A DNA stretch of 64,000 bases, from NCBI GenBank assembly GCA_041287425.1, contig JBEULG010000028.1:36299-100298 (forward strand), given 5' to 3'. Under the pieces are notes generated by a model that was not told the origin of the DNA, did no database searches, and saw only the letters and a list, made by a program, of their open reading frames with translations. The stretch is from Anaerolineales bacterium. Lineage in GTDB: Bacteria; Chloroflexota; Anaerolineae; Anaerolineales; Villigracilaceae. Below are positions 62,802 to 64,000 of this stretch, one piece after another. The translations under genes were made by a program, and so were the position numbers. How positions within the stretch are numbered: the stretch's first letter is position 1; the number at the start of each line of letters is the position of its first letter.

Positions 62802-63479
62802 TCATTTGTTGTCCGGTTTGGGTAATTGCGGAATGATCCAGTTGATGAGCGCCTGGGGGGAACGCGTCTGGATGAAGACCCGGCCCGGGCCGGTCAATTC
62901 GATGACCAGGCCCTCGCCCGACAGGAGGGTGGATTTCAGCCCGCCGACCGGGCGCGGCTGGAGGCGAATCGTGCCGTCGAAGGCCACCAGGTGGGAGGAA
63001 TCGACGATGTATGGTTCGCCGGCGGCAAGTCTTTTCTCATAGATGGCGCCGTAGGAGGAGACCAGCAGTTTGCCGGCTCCCTTGGCCTCGAGGATAGACA
63101 GGCCCTCGCCGGCCATGAAGGCCTTGCCAGAGAGTTTGGCTTCCACCTCGACGCCGATTTCGGCAGCCATGAAGGCGCCAATCTGCACCATGACGGTCTC
63201 GCCTTGCAATTCGAGCACAGCGATGTCGCCGGGCAGTTCGGGGGCCAGGGTGACCTCGCCGCCCTGCGGCCCGGCCTTCCAGAAGTTTTGGAAGAGCGAC
63301 TCGCCGCCCAGCACGGCGCGGCCGAGCGATTTGAGCAGGCCGCCCTCCATCTTGGTCTCGATTTCGACGCCGGCCGAAAAACTGACCATCGCGCCCGGTT
63401 CGGCGCGGATGCGTTCGTTGGCGCCCAGCCGGGCGATGGCCAGGGAATAGGACGGGCGGTGCAGAATTTCGATTTCCAT
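62802..63479 (-). CDS. AIM24/DUF124 (TIGR00266) family protein
   Basis: Part of ORF 62802..63620. Start MEIEILHRPSYSLAIARL (AAGGAG upstream). AEPGAMV...GGESLF...GPGRVFIQT pattern. Confidence 0.8.
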   Translation of the reverse strand: MEIEILHRPSYSLAIARLGANERIRAEPGAMVSFSAGVEIETKMEGGLLKSLGRAVLGGESLFQNFWKAGPQGGEVTLAPELPGDIAVLELQGETVMVQIGAFMAAEIGVEVEAKLSGKAFMAGEGLSILEAKGAGKLLVSSYGAIYEKRLAAGEPYIVDSSHLVAFDGTIRLQPRPVGGLKSTLLSGEGLVIELTGPGRVFIQTRSPQALINWIIPQLPKPDNK

Positions 63480-63489
63480 GTCAGTCTCC

Positions 63490-63987
63490 TTAAAGTAGTT
63501 TGCCAGAGGCCTGGTCGCAGCGCACGATGCCGGTCGTATCCAGGGCGGCCAGCAGGTCGCGCACCGTCTGCCCCAGGCGCGGGTGGACGAGGTCGGGGGC
63601 CAGGTCGGCCAGCGGGACAAGGACGAAGGCGCGTTCGTGCAGGCGCGGGTGAGGCAGGGTCAGAGCGGGCGAATCGAGCACCAGGTCATCATAGAAGAGC
63701 AGGTCGAGGTCAATCAGGCGCGGGCCGTAGCGGACGGAAGGGAGACGCCCCAGGCGGGTTTCCAGGCGTTTGAGATGGGAGAGCAAATCCAGCGGCGGCA
63801 GGCCGGTTTCGGCCTCGGCGGCCATGTTGAGAAAGGCCGGCTGGTCGGTCAGGCCCCAGGGGGGCGTCTCATAGACCGGCGAGAGGCGCCGCAGGCGGAC
63901 TTCCGGCGGCAGGGCGTCTAGGGCGGCCTGTAGATTGGCGCGCCGGTCGCCGAGGTTGCTGCCCAGAGCGAGGTAGATGCAGGCCAT
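63490..63987 (-). CDS. folK: 2-amino-4-hydroxy-6-hydroxymethyldihydropterin pyrophosphokinase
   Basis: IYLALGSNLGDR...YETPPWG...IDLDLL..PHPRLHERAFVL signature. Confidence 0.9.
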   Translation of the reverse strand: MACIYLALGSNLGDRRANLQAALDALPPEVRLRRLSPVYETPPWGLTDQPAFLNMAAEAETGLPPLDLLSHLKRLETRLGRLPSVRYGPRLIDLDLLFYDDLVLDSPALTLPHPRLHERAFVLVPLADLAPDLVHPRLGQTVRDLLAALDTTGIVRCDQASGKLL

Positions 63988-64000
63988 GTGCAGGGAGGCC

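Overview
High-GC chromosomal segment. Gene content and strong GGAGG-type ribosome binding sites suggest a Chloroflexota (Anaerolineae-like) bacterium, but that is inference only. I can support about 60 protein genes, one tRNA-Ser(CGA), one TPP riboswitch, and several near-consensus sigma70-type promoters and intrinsic terminators. I saw no transposase, integrase, phage, CRISPR or rRNA genes. Most genes are housekeeping: cydAB, ggt, selD, wecBC, SPFH/NfeD, rnd, rnz, nadE, lexA, thiamine salvage, folPK. Many long ORFs in the track are antisense artefacts of high GC. The main leads are as follows. (1) A 15-kb, ten-gene minus-strand operon (43595-58510). It joins a PATAN/DUF4388 protein, a small Ras-like GTPase, a V4R protein, two alpha/beta-hydrolase paralogs (one lacking the nucleophile Ser), an acyl-ACP-reductase-like enzyme, a beta-helix protein, a REC-GGDNF protein, a 2479-aa kinase with about 11 GAF domains, and a CheY. 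(2) A NurA nuclease translationally coupled to a small HAS-barrel-like protein with no ATPase. A repeat-filled spacer and an SPPY DNA methyltransferase follow it (33285-36095). (3) A selenocysteine (UGA)-containing selD that the ORF track splits. (4) A class-A PBP homolog whose three transpeptidase motifs all look degenerate. (5) Several candidate regulatory RNAs and operators. All domain calls come from reading the translations by eye, with no database search.
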